NCBI RefSeq assembly: GCF_001194135.2
Contig: NC_068986.1
Location: 91,653,718-91,717,717 of the forward strand
Length of the DNA: 64,000 nucleotides
Reading direction: 5' to 3'
Origin: Octopus bimaculoides
Taxonomy: Eukaryota
Under the pieces are notes generated by a model. The model made no database searches, was not told where the DNA came from, and saw nothing but the letters and a program-made list of their open reading frames with translations. A program made the position numbers and the translations under genes. Shown one piece after another: positions 49,591-62,522 of this stretch; positions within the stretch are counted from its first letter, which is position 1, and each line of letters opens with the position of its first letter.

Positions 49591-50254
49591 CCCACATATC
49601 CATCCCCAAAACATTTAGTGGAATTTCCAATTGACCATGCCTCCACTTTTCTCTCACACCCTTGCAAACTTTACCCACCTACTCTTTCCAATCTTCTGTC
49701 ACAATTCTCTCTTCTACTTACTTTCTTGTACCGAGGGAATATGGCTTGACACCTTGTCACCATACACTTTATCTCTGGCTACACACACACAAGAACACAA
49801 AGACTAACTGTTCCTATGTATAGAGATGAAATTCCTCCATGACTGACTTCTAGTTTTAATTGGGTGATACAGAGTGGGAGGTTTTAATTAAGTATCAGTC
49901 ATGTACTGGAGTAGGTGTCAAGCTGGCAGAATCATTAGCATGTTGGACAAAATGCTTAGCAGTATTTTTTTGTGGCTCTTTACATTCTGTGTTCAAATCC
50001 CATCAAGAGGACAAAAAATAGATTTTATACTCATAATTCTTTTTTTTTTTGTTCTTGTGTTGGATAAATTTTAAAAGCTTAACACCATTTTAATTTTATT
50101 AAACCTGACAATTTGTCCATTCTCCTCACCCATTTTCAATACTCACAGCCCCACCCCTATGAAAAACACTGGTCTACCATGTTTGTGTGGTATGTGTATA
50201 CAGCAACAGCAGCAGTGTCTCTGAGGTTAGGACTATTTTCATTATAGCATGACT

Positions 50255-50655
50255 ACATAGTAAGAAGCTTGTTTCACAACTACATGGTTTCAGGTTCAGT
50301 CCCAATACATGCACCTTGGGTAAGTTTCTTCTAAAGCCTTGTGAGTCGATTTGGTAGACAAAAACTGAAAGAAGCCCATTGTGTGTGTGTGTGTGTGTGT
50401 GTGTATGTTACTGTCACTTTCTCCTTAACTTCATGTGATAGCTGTAAAACTTACTCTTAACTTCATGTGATAGCTGTAAAACAAATGTCACTATCATGTA
50501 AGCAGTGTCCTTTGTTTACAGTCTTCATTAAAAACATGTGTAGTCATGGTAAAGTATTATATTGCTTGGAAACAGACGAGGGTTGGTGACAGGAAGGGCA
50601 TCCAGGCATAGAAAATCTGTCCAACCCATGCAAGTATGGAATAGTGGATGTTAAA
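50255..50655 (+). mobile_element. SINE family B in TBCB intron 6
   Basis: Colinear with 31185-31650. Contains a 27-bp tandem duplication (50424-50450 and 50456-50482). Confidence 0.7.
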
Positions 50656-50942
50656 AGCAATAAATAAGAAATGTTACTTGTTCTTTATATAGATACTGCA
50701 GCTGTTCATATCTGAGTATTTGTTGTGGCTGTGAAGAGTCATTGAGATGCTGTTCATGCTATATAATAAATGTGAGATTGTCAGTGATTGTGATGTTTAA
50801 AACATTTGAAGTGATTTTCAGGGGTTTCATTGTGTATTGCCCCAAACTAGAAAGCATGAGGTATCATATTGTTTTCTTAATTGAATTATATTATGTTTGT
50901 ATCTGTTATTTAAGTTTTGTCTGTGTTTTCTTTTTCTTCCAG

Positions 50943-51054
50943 TGTCAAAGGTAAACGATACTTTGAATGCCTCATGAAGTATGGCGGATTTGTACGACCA
51001 AATTTTGTCACTGTTGGTTACTTCCCTGAGCCAGATGACATTGATGAATTTTGA
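50943..51054 (+). CDS. TBCB: TBCB coding exon 7 (terminal, stop TGA 51052-51054)
   Basis: Long pyrimidine tract plus ccag. [37 protein letters not shown] matches SVNGKRYFEC..KYGAFVKP..VTVGDFPE. The spliced CDS totals 726 nt, 241 aa plus stop. Confidence 0.96.
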
Positions 51055-51169
51055 GATGGCAAATGAAAAAGATGTGATACAAAAGCAGACAAATTAACAT
51101 ATATACATATATGTTTAGAAGTTCATCTGCATTCATACACACTCTCCCTTGCACTCATATTTATTTATG

Positions 51170-51345
51170 AATGTGTGAGGGTTGTGTATGTATGTATATA
51201 TATGTGTGTGTGTGTGTATGTATACATATATGTGTATATATGTATATGTGTGTGTGTTTATATATGTATATATGAATATTTGAATATGTGTGTGTGTGTG
51301 TGTGTATATATATATTTAATATATATATATATAATATATATATTA
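51170..51345. repeat. Compound (TG)/(TA) microsatellite downstream of the TBCB stop
   Basis: Direct reading. Confidence 0.85.
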
Positions 51346-51557
51346 CATGGTGGATGTTACAGAGTGCCTCGAGGTTTGAGAATTTCCTGCATTGGCACTT
51401 ATCAAACTAGTTTCAAATTATCGGAATTGCATTTATATAAGCCAACTAAAATGATAAATGTAATTCTCTGGTTTGTGCTAGAGTACATTATAAAAATAAT
51501 TGCTATGTCACATTAATAATGTGTATTTTTTCAAATAGTTTGCCTGTTAAGCACTTC

Positions 51558-51563
51558 AATAAA
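51558..51563 (+). other. Candidate TBCB polyadenylation signal
   Basis: AATAAA within an (AATA)n run about 500 nt after the stop codon. No transcript evidence. Confidence 0.3.
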
Positions 51564-51771
51564 TAAATAAATAAATAAGCTAAAATAGGGTTACAGGAGG
51601 GGTATACATGCACTTATACTCACACAAATGTGCCTATTTATTTATATATATGCATGCATAAACATACATATATATACACATACGACCACATGTGTATATA
51701 AGTGTGTGTGTATGCACATGCATATATAAGCATGTGTGTCTGTATATATATAGAGAGAGTTATAGATATGT

Positions 51772-51804
<33 letters not shown>

Positions 51805-51807
<3 letters not shown>

Positions 51808-51980
51808 TTAGGGAAAAGAATCAAGGTTCATGAACACTTCGATGAAAATCCACTATCACATATAGAAAAATTAATAAGTAAAAGCACAATAAATAAGTAT
51901 AATATAATACAAAATATTTCTATATGTGACAGTGGATTTTCATCGATGAGTTCATGAACCTTGGTTCTTTTCCCTAAAAT
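51805..51980. mobile_element. Fold-back element embedded in (TA)n
   Basis: 64-bp inverted arms (51805-51868 and 51917-51980, 5 mismatches), AT-rich spacer, (TA)n on both sides. Confidence 0.7.
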
Positions 51981-52952
51981 TATATATATATATATTTTAC
52001 ACTGTGGAACTTAATTTAATTTTAATTTTTAATAAATTGAATATAATTGAGTTTTTACCTGTAAATTTGGATTTTTATCCCTAATATTATAATATATATA
52101 TATATAGAAAATTAGTGTAGATGGAGTAAAGTACAAGGCTAAATACATGAGAGCTGAAGAAGAATCTGTGCATTTGTTCAACATTATTACTGAATGATAA
52201 CAGCTAACAGTATACCAGATGGATGGACTGCTACCAAGAGCTATTTCTAAAGAAACAGACCAGAAAAAATTAAGAGTGAAGCTGTATAAAATTCATGTTG
52301 TTATTTGAAAATGGAAGATATTGGTACCACTCCAAACACTAGCATACTATATTATATTTCTATGCTATAACACCATAGAGCATTAAAGTACACTACGCTA
52401 TAACACTCTACAGCATTGCTCTATAAATGAAATATAACTCAATGTTCCTTACATAAGACTATTTACAGCCACAACACTGAAATGTATTTAGTAAATATCG
52501 CTGATGTTGATAAGCATACGCAAAAGGTTTTTTGTTTTTACTTCTGCTTTCTTTTTTTTTTATGTAGTTTTTTGACACAAATCTTTGTTGGGTAACTCGA
52601 GTGTCACAAAATACAAATTGCTCAACATTAAACTGGTTCAATATATTTGATAAACATATATGCACACTTAACACACACATTCATATTTTTTAATCACTCA
52701 CACGACACGTGTGTATATAAAATATATACGTGCATGTGTGTTTGTATCTCCCCTGAAACTATGGGGCAATGTTTTTATTTAATAAATGTCTATCTTCTGT
52801 TATGTTATTTTCATATTATTGTGTTGATCAAAATAACTTTGCATGGTTGAGATTTCTGTGTGAAACAGAAAAGCTGTGAGCGTTTATATGCTTTAAATCT
52901 AACAGACCGGTGTCCATTCACTTATGAAATTAAAAATTATAGCAATCATTAA

Positions 52953-53338
52953 GGCGCAGAAGTGGCTGTGTGGTAAGTAGCTTCCTTACCAACCACATGG
53001 TTCCGGGTTCAGGCCCACTGCATGGCACCTTGGGCAAGTGTTTTCTACTATCACCTCGGGCCGACCAACGCCTTGTGAGTGGATTTGGTAGACGGAAACT
53101 GAAAGAAGCCCGTCGTATATATGTATATATATATATATATGTTTGTGTTTGTCCCCCCAACATCGCTTGACAACCGATGGTGGTGTGTTTAGGTCCCTGT
53201 AACTTAACGGTGCGGCAAAAGAGACCGATAGAATAAGTACTAGGCTTCCAAAGAATAAGTCCTGGGGTTGATTTGCTTGACTAAAGGCAGTGCTCCAGCA
53301 TGGCCACAATCAAAATGACTGAAACAAGTAAAAGAGTA
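52953..53338 (+). mobile_element. Full-length tRNA-derived SINE (family A, central TA/TG microsatellite)
   Basis: A-box-like TGGCTGTGTGGT and B-box-like GGTTCAGGCCC, internal (TA)n, 3' tail gaaacaagtaaaagag. Many related copies in the window. Confidence 0.85.
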
Positions 53339-53847
53339 TATGAATGCAGACCAATGAAAGTCATTGAAAATGATCAGGCAAAAGTTTCATAATGCATGAA
53401 AATTCAGACAAACATGAAACTGGAATACCCAAGTCCAAATATCATTATACTATCAAAGATGTTGCTTGTCTATTTGAACAAAGAAGAAAAGCAGAAAATA
53501 TACAAATTCCAGAGTGTGGATTAAAAAGTTTTGAATTGCAAAAATGATAATGGTAATTTTTGTCATAATAAGATCACTAAGTACCGTGTCTGGAAATATC
53601 AACCAGTGTCTTTCCTTAATCCAAAGAACTATTAACTTTGTGACATTACACAAAGTATGTCTTCTTGATATAGCTAACATGATGATAGTGCTGTTCACTC
53701 CTGAGGCCCTGCAACAAGTGAGACATGTTGTGGCCCTTGATCAGAACCTTTGTGAGGTGCATACTACAAAACCTCAGGTCATCTTCCATCTATAGCTCAT
53801 TAGGTTATAAAGTTGTGTTTATAAAATTTAATGCTTCTTTATATGTA

Positions 53848-55109
53848 CAGGATGCAATGGGTAAATTGTCACCATTTTATATTTTTAATTTCACGCATTT
53901 GTTTTTGATTTTGTTGACTACACAGTATAGTAGGGTCAGTTGAGCACCATCTATGAGAAAAACAGCACCATGATGCAATTTACTCTGCCAGAAATTTGCA
54001 AATGACATACTGTACTGCTTGGTATTCGCGCCAGAAGCACCAATATGAACATTTCCGAGTATCTGGGTATCAATCTGAGGACAGTGCAGAGAATTTAGAA
54101 AGAGTTGGATGAGTTTAATAGTGATTACAAAGGTACAGCAGAAAAGAACTCCTGAATTTGATGGTGAGATCCAGGCCATGATTGACAACTACCCTTCCAA
54201 GTCAATCAGGTTCATCACCAGGGACATGCGAGTGTCTGAGTTTCTTATCAGGCAGATAGTGCATGAAGACATTCAGTATTCCTCATACAAGATGAGAAAG
54301 GGCCAATTTTTATCCTATGCCATCAAGGGCAAGAGGAAAGACTGCGCTACGAAGCTTTTGAAGAAACTCAAGCATCCACTCCAACCGAACATGCTTCAGT
54401 TTTTCTCAGGCGAGAAAAATTTCTGCCAGGATCAGAGGGTGAACACACAAAACAGCCGTTGGCTTGCCATGTCCCCAAAACATTTACCGAGAATGACAAA
54501 AATCAAACATCCAGTCAACATCATGATGTTTGGAGTGATCACTAGCGATGGTGACGTTATGCCTCCATTCATCTTCCTACATGGCTTCAGATTCAACACG
54601 GAGACTTACATCAAGTACCTGAAGGAGGTAATGCTGCCCTGGGTCAAGAGGGTGGCTTTTGGAAGACCATATGTCTGGCAACAGGACTCTGCACCATGCC
54701 ACACAAACAGGAGAACCCAGTCGTGGCTGTCAGACAATTTCTGTGACCACATCACCCCTAACATCTGGCTACCTAACTCCCCAGACTACAACACTCTTGA
54801 TTATTATGTGTGGGCGCAGTTGAGTGAGAGGCCAACAAAACTCCTTGTAACACCAAAGTTGAACTGAAGGCAAGGATTATGGCAGTATTCACCAACTTAA
54901 ACAAGGAGACTGTGCAGAAGAGTTACAGGAGATTCTGAAGTCATCTGCAGGCCATGGTTGAAGCCAATGGTGATTTTACTGAATAAATTTAATCTAGTAT
55001 TACAAGATAGTTTTTTTGTAATGTTGGTAAATATATCTGTTAAAATGAGATGTCAGTGCTTTTTTTCAATTTTGCATAATTTAGATGACAGTTTATTCAC
55101 TGCGCCCTG
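53848..55109 (+). mobile_element. Tc1/mariner superfamily DNA transposon, DD37D (maT) family, degenerate
   Basis: Imperfect TIRs CAGGATGCAATGGGTAAATTGTCA and TGACAGTTTATTCACTGCGCCCTG, each flanked by TA. 1262 bp. Encloses a transposase remnant. Confidence 0.85.
53970..54986 (+). pseudogene. DD37D transposase pseudogene (longest open stretch 54109-54867)
   Basis: FFSGEK (first catalytic D appears mutated to G), WQQDSAPCH, and SPDYNTLDYYVW with exactly 37 residues between the 2nd and 3rd D. Stops and frameshifts in the N- and C-terminal parts. Confidence 0.88.
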
Positions 55110-56896
55110 TACATATATATAAAATATGTTTGTTATCCATAAGTCAGAGGAAATGCATTCTCAGTATGAGAAATAGAGGAGTTTTATTTTTATGTCATCA
55201 AGTGGTATATTACTTATAGCATATAGCTGGTCAAAATGTCACCATCAGTTTTGTGCCAACTGTTGAACTTGACAACTATTGAGGCCTGAAGAATTATATA
55301 CCATAGTCAGATATATACTGCCCAACAATATATATATATAAATTATATGAACAAATAAGGGCAACTTCCACATTCATAGAAAAGCCATTACTTTGGTTGG
55401 AATCAGAGCATATAACAATCCTGACCACATTCCACTCTAACATAATACATTCAAAGGTGCCTGTGAGTATTTTGGGATTCAGTCAAACCAAAAAGAGCCC
55501 TTACATCCTCTTGTACATAATCTTTCAAACTTAAATTATCTTCTAGCATGGTCTTTTTCCAGAGTGACTGATACCAGTCAACTATCTCACACCCAATAAA
55601 AATGTTAACTAGTTTGTTATCCTCCAGGTTATACATTAATTTGTGTAAGTAATCATTACTTTCTCAGACCATCATAAAGTTAGGTGCTTCCTTGAGGGAG
55701 GGCTTTTCTTGCATGCTTGCTGCTTGGGCTTCATATATTTCTGATTTTCTTTTTGCTCCTGGCAGCTTGTCATCCTTTTCCTAGTCTTCTTTTCACTCCT
55801 TTACATAACAATGGAGTGGTACTACTAGGAGGGGGAACCTTTAGCTTCCTGATTCTTGACTTCTTGATTGGCTCTTGTGTTCAAAAACAAGGCAAACTCA
55901 CACACAGCTTTAAGAGTTGTGACTAGTGGTGTCTAGGCAGCAATCCCTGTGAACTACTGTTCCCCTTTTTTCAATCTTTCTTACTTTTCTGAGCAAATGC
56001 TCTCACATGACCTTTACTGTCACACATCTAGCAGCAGGAGCTTTCTACCCAGCACCACCAGTCTTAAAACCCTTCTCGCCACATCCATTAGATGGCACAT
56101 TACCATCACTTTATGTGTCTTCAGAGGTCATCAATATTTAAACAAGACTCAACCCAACCACATATTAAAAGTCATATCAATATTCTCCACCTGTCCATGT
56201 CGTGTTACAAAAGGGACAAGCTAGAGTCACTGTTGCCTCATATCTTTCACAGTGACTCTTGTATCCCATATATTATGGGCCAAGCTGTGGCACCTTCACC
56301 CCATCCTCATTTTAAACACAATATATGATTAAACCTCTGTAATTTTGAAAATGCATAAATGAATTACTTCCTTTCTCACCCTTGTGTGATGGCTTCAGGC
56401 AAAATGCACCTAACTTGTTACACTGTGTTGCCTAAATGTTATTCTTTCAGCTAGATGATGTTTCTAAAGTTCTAGTTGCATAAGCAAAGAATGGGGCTAG
56501 ATTTCTACATTTGATATTCACTGAAAAATTTCAGAATATCTTTGTTTGACATCATGTGTTGTTGCTGTTGATGTTTCTAAATTTGTCATTGAAATTTTAT
56601 TGTCTAAAGAAATTTTGCTGTAGATGTTATTTTAAATTCCTTTCTCTTCCTCTTTTAAAGGGAACTCTATATCCTTTTCTTGCTGGTTCTCTAATAGAAG
56701 AAGCGATATTGAAAATTATTCTAAATAAATTTTCGGGGGGAGATAATTAAAATAATTAAGATGGTCAATCCTAAAAGACTTTTTTTTATCCAATAATACT
56801 TGTTAAATTGTCAGAGAATAATATTACCACCAGGGCTCATTCATTTGTACAATAAAAAAATGCATGTAAAACTGTTACAAAATGTAAGAATAAATT

Positions 56897-57278
56897 AGAC
56901 CTGGGCTGAGGTGGTGAGACAAGACCTTCGAACATTGGGCCTCACCGAGGCGATGACTACTGACCGAGACCTTTGGAAATGTGCTGTGCGTGAGAAGACC
57001 CGGCAAGCCAAGTGAGATCGTTGCCAGTGCCCCTGGACTGGCTCTTGTGCGGGTGGCACATAAAAGACACCATTTCGAGCGTGGCCGTTTTCGTGCGGGT
57101 GACACGTAAAAGCACCCACTACACTCTCTGAGTGGTTGGCGTTAGGAAGGGCATCCAGCTGTAGAAACTCTGCCAAATTAGATTGGAGCCTGGTGTAGCC
57201 ATCTGGTTGCACCAGTCCTCAGTCAAATCGTCCAACCCATGCTAGCATGGAAAGCGGACGTTAAACGATGATGATGAT
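56897..57278 (+). mobile_element. Young 5'-truncated RTE LINE (ORF end, 3' UTR, (GAT)n tail)
   Basis: Intact TWAEVVRQDLRTLGLTEAMTTDRDLWKCAVREKTRQAK* (stop 57013-57015). 3' UTR nearly identical to 1-237. CpGs retained. Confidence 0.85.
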
Positions 57279-59975
57279 AAAAGCAATTGGAATGACAAAG
57301 AAGGTACACAAATGCTTCAGGAATGGTTGTATGTTTAAGTTCATAAGTGATAGAGAGCTGGTTCATAAGTGATACCCCTTTAGTGATTAAAATATTAGCA
57401 AAGCTAGTCTTGTTATTGTCTGCACTGGGGGAAACTGAGGGTTCATTTACACTAAAAATGTATTGATTTGTGTGATCTATGTATTTTATGATTTAAGTAC
57501 TGAGAACTTTCTATTTAGAATATTTCATATAAAAGTCAACTTAAATTAGTTTAAGTTTTTATTACATTTTTAATGTACCTTCTTAGTTATCAGTAACAAA
57601 ACATTAATTTGTTTGTTGAGGAATTTCTTGGCCATGTGATACATGACAGTAAACTATACCATCATTTGATACCTATTTGTTATCTTACGTCGATTGGGTT
57701 GTTGAAGGTTAAGGTTCTTGGTTATGCAACACATCATAGTGAACTATCCAACCTGTGGTAGCTCTTTACAGCTTGTTGCACTGGGCTGATGAATTTAAGA
57801 ATTTTGACCATGTGATGTAGTTCAGTGATCGATACCACCCACTGGTATCTATTTGTGGCTAAATGGACTTAGTTACTGAAGGTGACATATTACAGAGAAC
57901 TGTATCATACTGCAGTATCTACATACAGCTAAGTGGACTAGGTTGTTATGGGTTAAGATCTTTCATCTTGTGTCAGGGTATTAATTGACAATTTATTAAG
58001 TGATTATCTGATACTTCAATCCCTTGTCCATCCAAGCTCTCTTCCATTTACAACTTCATGTTTGCATTTCCGCAAGCTAACTGGATATGCAATAAGAAAT
58101 TAGATATCCTGTGTTAATGCCTGTGTACTTTCATGCATCATTACCATTGTGGACACTAGCATTATCCACATTGATTCCAATGTCGTTATCATCACAATCT
58201 TTATTACCATCATTTTCACTAAACCAAAAATGTGCCTCTGTGTAGTCACTCAACCTGCTAGAAATAACAATTAAATCTCCTTCTACCAGCTTCGAAAAGA
58301 AAGGATACTATGAATGTCGACTGAGTGGTCATGGTTAAAACACATTTGGTCATAGAAATGCTTGATTCCAGTTGATCTGGAGCTAAACAGCAACTTCACC
58401 TTCATCATCATTTCATCACCACCATTTCCATTACCAGCCTCACCACTGTCATTGTTATTAATACTAACACTATGTTTGTTACAAATATCTCCCACCCCAT
58501 CTTACCTCACAATGGATTTGCTATCTGGCAATATGATACAGGTTCTCTTCAGGTCAGTAGTGCTTCATTGCATGGATGTATCTGATCAAAGTGGGAACAT
58601 TTCAGCAGCAATATAGATTTGAGATCAGAATACACAGCAGGTTATTTAATCGGATACATTATTGTTTATACTAACCTATGATCTTAATGCTTTCTAACGT
58701 GGGCACAAAGCTACATTTTATGGGAGTGTATAGTTAGTTCAACACTTTTTTATGCCCCCTTTTCCATGCTTGCATGAGTGAGATGGAATTTATTGAGGCA
58801 GGCTTTTTATAGCCAGATGCCCTTCATGTCACCAAATTTGAGATAGTGGAGTAACAGTTGATTGTATTTAGGCTAATATTTGACGGTACTTACTGAATCC
58901 AGTTGTATGGAACACAAATTTGATCCACAAAATTGGTCCTAGCAAGATTTAAAATAAGAACCTAAAGGATTGGCACTCTACTCATTCTATAAATCCAGGG
59001 CCTAACGATAATAGTGGTTTCTAACATGAGTATCAAGTCACAGATTTGGGACTGAGAAAAGTCAATTATACTGACCCTGGAAAGATTAAAGCTGATATCA
59101 ATTTGTCTGTAATTGAACTCAAAACATAAAGGATATGACTAAATAATGTAAATGAGCTTTAACTCAAATACAAAGCCACACATTTTAGAGGAGTAACCAG
59201 CTAATTATTGTGATCCCAGTGCATAACTGGTACTTTCTTTTATCAACCATGGAGGTATGAAAATAAAGTTGGCCTAAGTGGAATTTGAACTCAAAATGTA
59301 AAAAACTCACAATATTTTATAATACTGCCCATTTCTTAAGAAAAATATTGTCAACTTGAGAATATCTGAATCTTTTAGAATCTTTCAAAATCACAAATAT
59401 TTGAACAAAATCTTACTTCCCAGTATTTGGTTTCCTTTCTCAACAATTTATCATCGCTAATAACAAATAACATCAATAGTAAAACATCCAACTTGTTGTT
59501 ACTTCAGGTCTCTGGGTGTGCCTTGGAAAAGCACATATAGAACAAAGCAATTACAACAACAACAGCAACAACAATAACAATTCTTTGTACTATAGGCACA
59601 AGGCCTGAAATTTCGAAGGAGGGGGGGCTCGTTGGTTACATCAATACTAGTACTCAACTGGTACTTGATTTATTGAGCCTGAAAGTGGACCTTCATGGAA
59701 TTTGAACTCAGAACGTAATGACAGATAAAACACTGCTAAACATTTTGTCCAGCATGATAACCATTCTTCTAGCTCACTACCTTGAAACTGTGTAAAAAGT
59801 AAGAGTTAGGTAGAGGCAAGACGTGGTAGGAACACAAACCACAGAGTGGGACTGAGATGGAGACCTACAAAATACTGTAGGATTTCTCAATCCAACCGAA
59901 CCAAATGCTTGAGCACAACAAACCAAACCTAGTAGTGGTGAACAAGGTGCATCACATGTATTCTATAAATAATGT

Positions 59976-60517
59976 GGATCTTTTTTAAAACGGGGGCCAC
60001 ATTTTTCATTAACGAAACACTTTGAAACTTGGAACACTGGTAGAATGTGTCATATAAAACATCTTTTTCTCTTAGTCTTCTTAAAAAAAAAAAGAAATCC
60101 CTAAGTTATTCCATGTTAAAGTTGTCGTATTTCTGTAATTTCAACCAATCACTGACGTCCATTCAGCCGATATACATTAAGTGCCGACTACATAAACAAA
60201 CGATTCTGAAACAATTCTATTGGTGATAGGGTTAGGGTTAGGGTAAAACAGCAAATTTAAAAAGAAAAAAGCAAATAAAACGAAGCTATGGCTTAATCAG
60301 CCAAAGGAGTAAATGTAAACAACTGAATACTTGTCAGTGATTGGTTGAAATTATCGAAATAAGACAATTTTTTACATGAAATAAATTCGAATACAAAAAT
60401 ATTTTTCTGTTCTATAACACAAAATAGATAAGTATACGAAGTTTGAAAGTCTTTCGGTACCAAAAACACTACGTAAAACATTAATGAAAAATGTGGCCCC
60501 CGTTTTAAAAAAGATCC
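59976..60517. mobile_element. Non-autonomous DNA transposon (MITE), Merlin-like termini
   Basis: Perfect 37-bp TIRs GGATCTTTTTTAAAACGGGGGCCACATTTTTCATTAA (59976-60012 and 60481-60517). Perfect 8-bp TSD AATAATGT (59968-59975 and 60518-60525). Superfamily assignment is inferred from GG termini plus 8-bp TSD. Confidence 0.85.
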
Positions 60518-60589
60518 AATAATGTCACATGCCCTCTTGACCTATGAACAGTTAAGAAGGAAAGCAAAATGAAATAGATATATACAATA

Positions 60590-60749
60590 GGCACAGGAGT
60601 GGCTGTATGGTAAGTAGCTTGCTTACCAACCACATGGTTCCCGGTTCAGTCCCACTGTGTGGCACCTTGGGCAAGTGTCTTCTACTATAGCCTCGGGCCG
60701 ACCAAAGCCTTGTGAGTGGATTTGGTAGACANNNNNNNNNNCCATCGTA

Positions 60750-60806
<57 letters not shown>

Positions 60807-61030
60807 TTATGTGTGTTTGTGTGTCTGTGTTTGTCCCCCCACCATCGCTTGACAACTGATGCTGGTGTGTTCATGTCCCTGGAACTTAGCGGTTCGGCAA
60901 AGAGACCGATAGAATAAGTACTAGGCTTGCAAAGAATAAGTCCTGGGGTCGATTTGCTCAACTAAAGGCGGTGCTCCAGTATGGCTGCAGTCAAATGACT
61001 GAAACAAATAAAAGAGTAAAAGAGAGAGAG
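60590..61030 (+). mobile_element. Full-length tRNA-derived SINE (family A), 10-N gap inside
   Basis: Colinear with 52953-53338. Confidence 0.85.
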
Positions 61031-61319
61031 TAATCCTCTTGAATATGAGATAGGTCAAATGTGGAAAATGATGAAAATAAAGATAGTCCCAATTATTGTT
61101 AGATTCTTGGGGACAGTATCAGAAGGCAAGGAGAAGAATATAAAGGAAATGGAAATAGAGTTCCCAGTAGAGAGGCTGCAAAAAATTTGCCAGAAGCATT
61201 AGGAGAGTATTAGATGGCTGAAGAGAATAGATAGCATGGTACCATTGGCTGCAGGTAGCAAGCCTACAACTCATGCAAGATTCCTGAAGATCCAACTAAA
61301 CCGGAGTTAAAAGAATGAT

Positions 61320-61545
61320 TATAATAATGGTTTCAAATTTTGGCACAAGGCCAGTAACTTGGGTGGGGAGTGGATATGTTGATTACATGGAACCCAGAGT
61401 TCAACTGGTACTTATTTTATCAACCCTGAAAGGATGAAAGGCAAAGTCGACCTCAATGGAATTTAAACTCAGAATGTAAAGACAGACAAAATACTGCTAA
61501 GTATTTTTCTTGGCATGTTACCAATTCTGCCAGCTTGCTGCCTTA
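61320..61545 (-). mobile_element. SINE family D copy
   Basis: ctggtacttattttatcaaccctgaaaggatgaaaggcaaagtcgacctc...ctgccagcttgctgcc. Confidence 0.7.
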
Positions 61546-61974
61546 ATGGTCATCGTCATCTGGTTGAGTTTGCTCAGACGTTTCTAACCTACACTTGCCA
61601 TTCATCTCAGTCCTGCATTAATTGAGGGAAGTTGATCTACATTCATTGGATTCGGATGACCTGCTTGAGTACAGTCATACTTTGTCATCCATAGCAATAG
61701 GTCTCTTTCCAGCTCTTGTTTAGCAAGCAAGCAATGTCCAGCAAAGAGCAAGTGCCTTTGTTTCTGACTTCAGCACAATGCCAGAAATTTGGTTGTGAAA
61801 TGATGGTCAATCATCTTGACCTCGGTATATGACTGGTATTTGGTTTTATCGATCGCAGAAAAATAAAGGGCAGGATTTGAACTCAGAATGTATTGAACCA
61901 GAACAAATACCACAAAGCATTTTGTTCAGCTTGTGAGTTTCATTGCTATATAAAGTAAAAGATAATAGAGCAGA

Positions 61975-62185
61975 TGGTGGGGTTGGTAATGATGATGACA
62001 ACAAAAATGAGGAAGACCATGGAGGAAGGCCGTGGTGATGATGAGGGCAATGATGACAACAGTGATGATGATGAAGGCTGCAGTTTTGTTGACAACAACA
62101 GTGACAATGTTTGCTATTGATAATAATGATGATGATAATGATGACTCACTGACTGACATTTGTTCAAGTCAATGATGATGATTCT
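61975..62185. repeat. Degenerate (GAT/GAC)n low-complexity tract
   Basis: Direct reading. Confidence 0.75.
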
Positions 62186-62364
62186 GTTGACAATAACAAA
62201 GATAAGGAAAGTGATTGCTAGATATACAAGTACATGCTTGCAGAGAGCATGTAAATGACCAGTCACTTGGAGGCAGTGGAGTGGAAAACTTGGTTGTAGA
62301 TGAAAAATAATCATATATTAAATATTTACAATCCTTGACATAGTGTAAACAATTGGCTATTTCA

Positions 62365-62438
62365 TATACATATATATACATACACACACACACACACATA
62401 CATATATATATATACATTTATATATATACACACATATA

Positions 62439-62475
<37 letters not shown>

Positions 62476-62487
62476 GTGTGTGTGTAC

Positions 62488-62522
<35 letters not shown>

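Noticed and set aside
52953-53030. tRNA-like sequences with A and B boxes (also 60590 and 49325)
   Set aside because: They are SINE heads that continue into SINE bodies and do not form a complete cloverleaf.
57338-57375. 14-bp direct repeat GTTCATAAGTGATA
   Set aside because: Short local slippage duplication with nothing recognisable between the copies.
55400-58250. ORF fragments downstream of TBCB as a possible third gene
   Set aside because: No coherent exon chain. The fragments look like heavily decayed LINE sequence, too weak to annotate.
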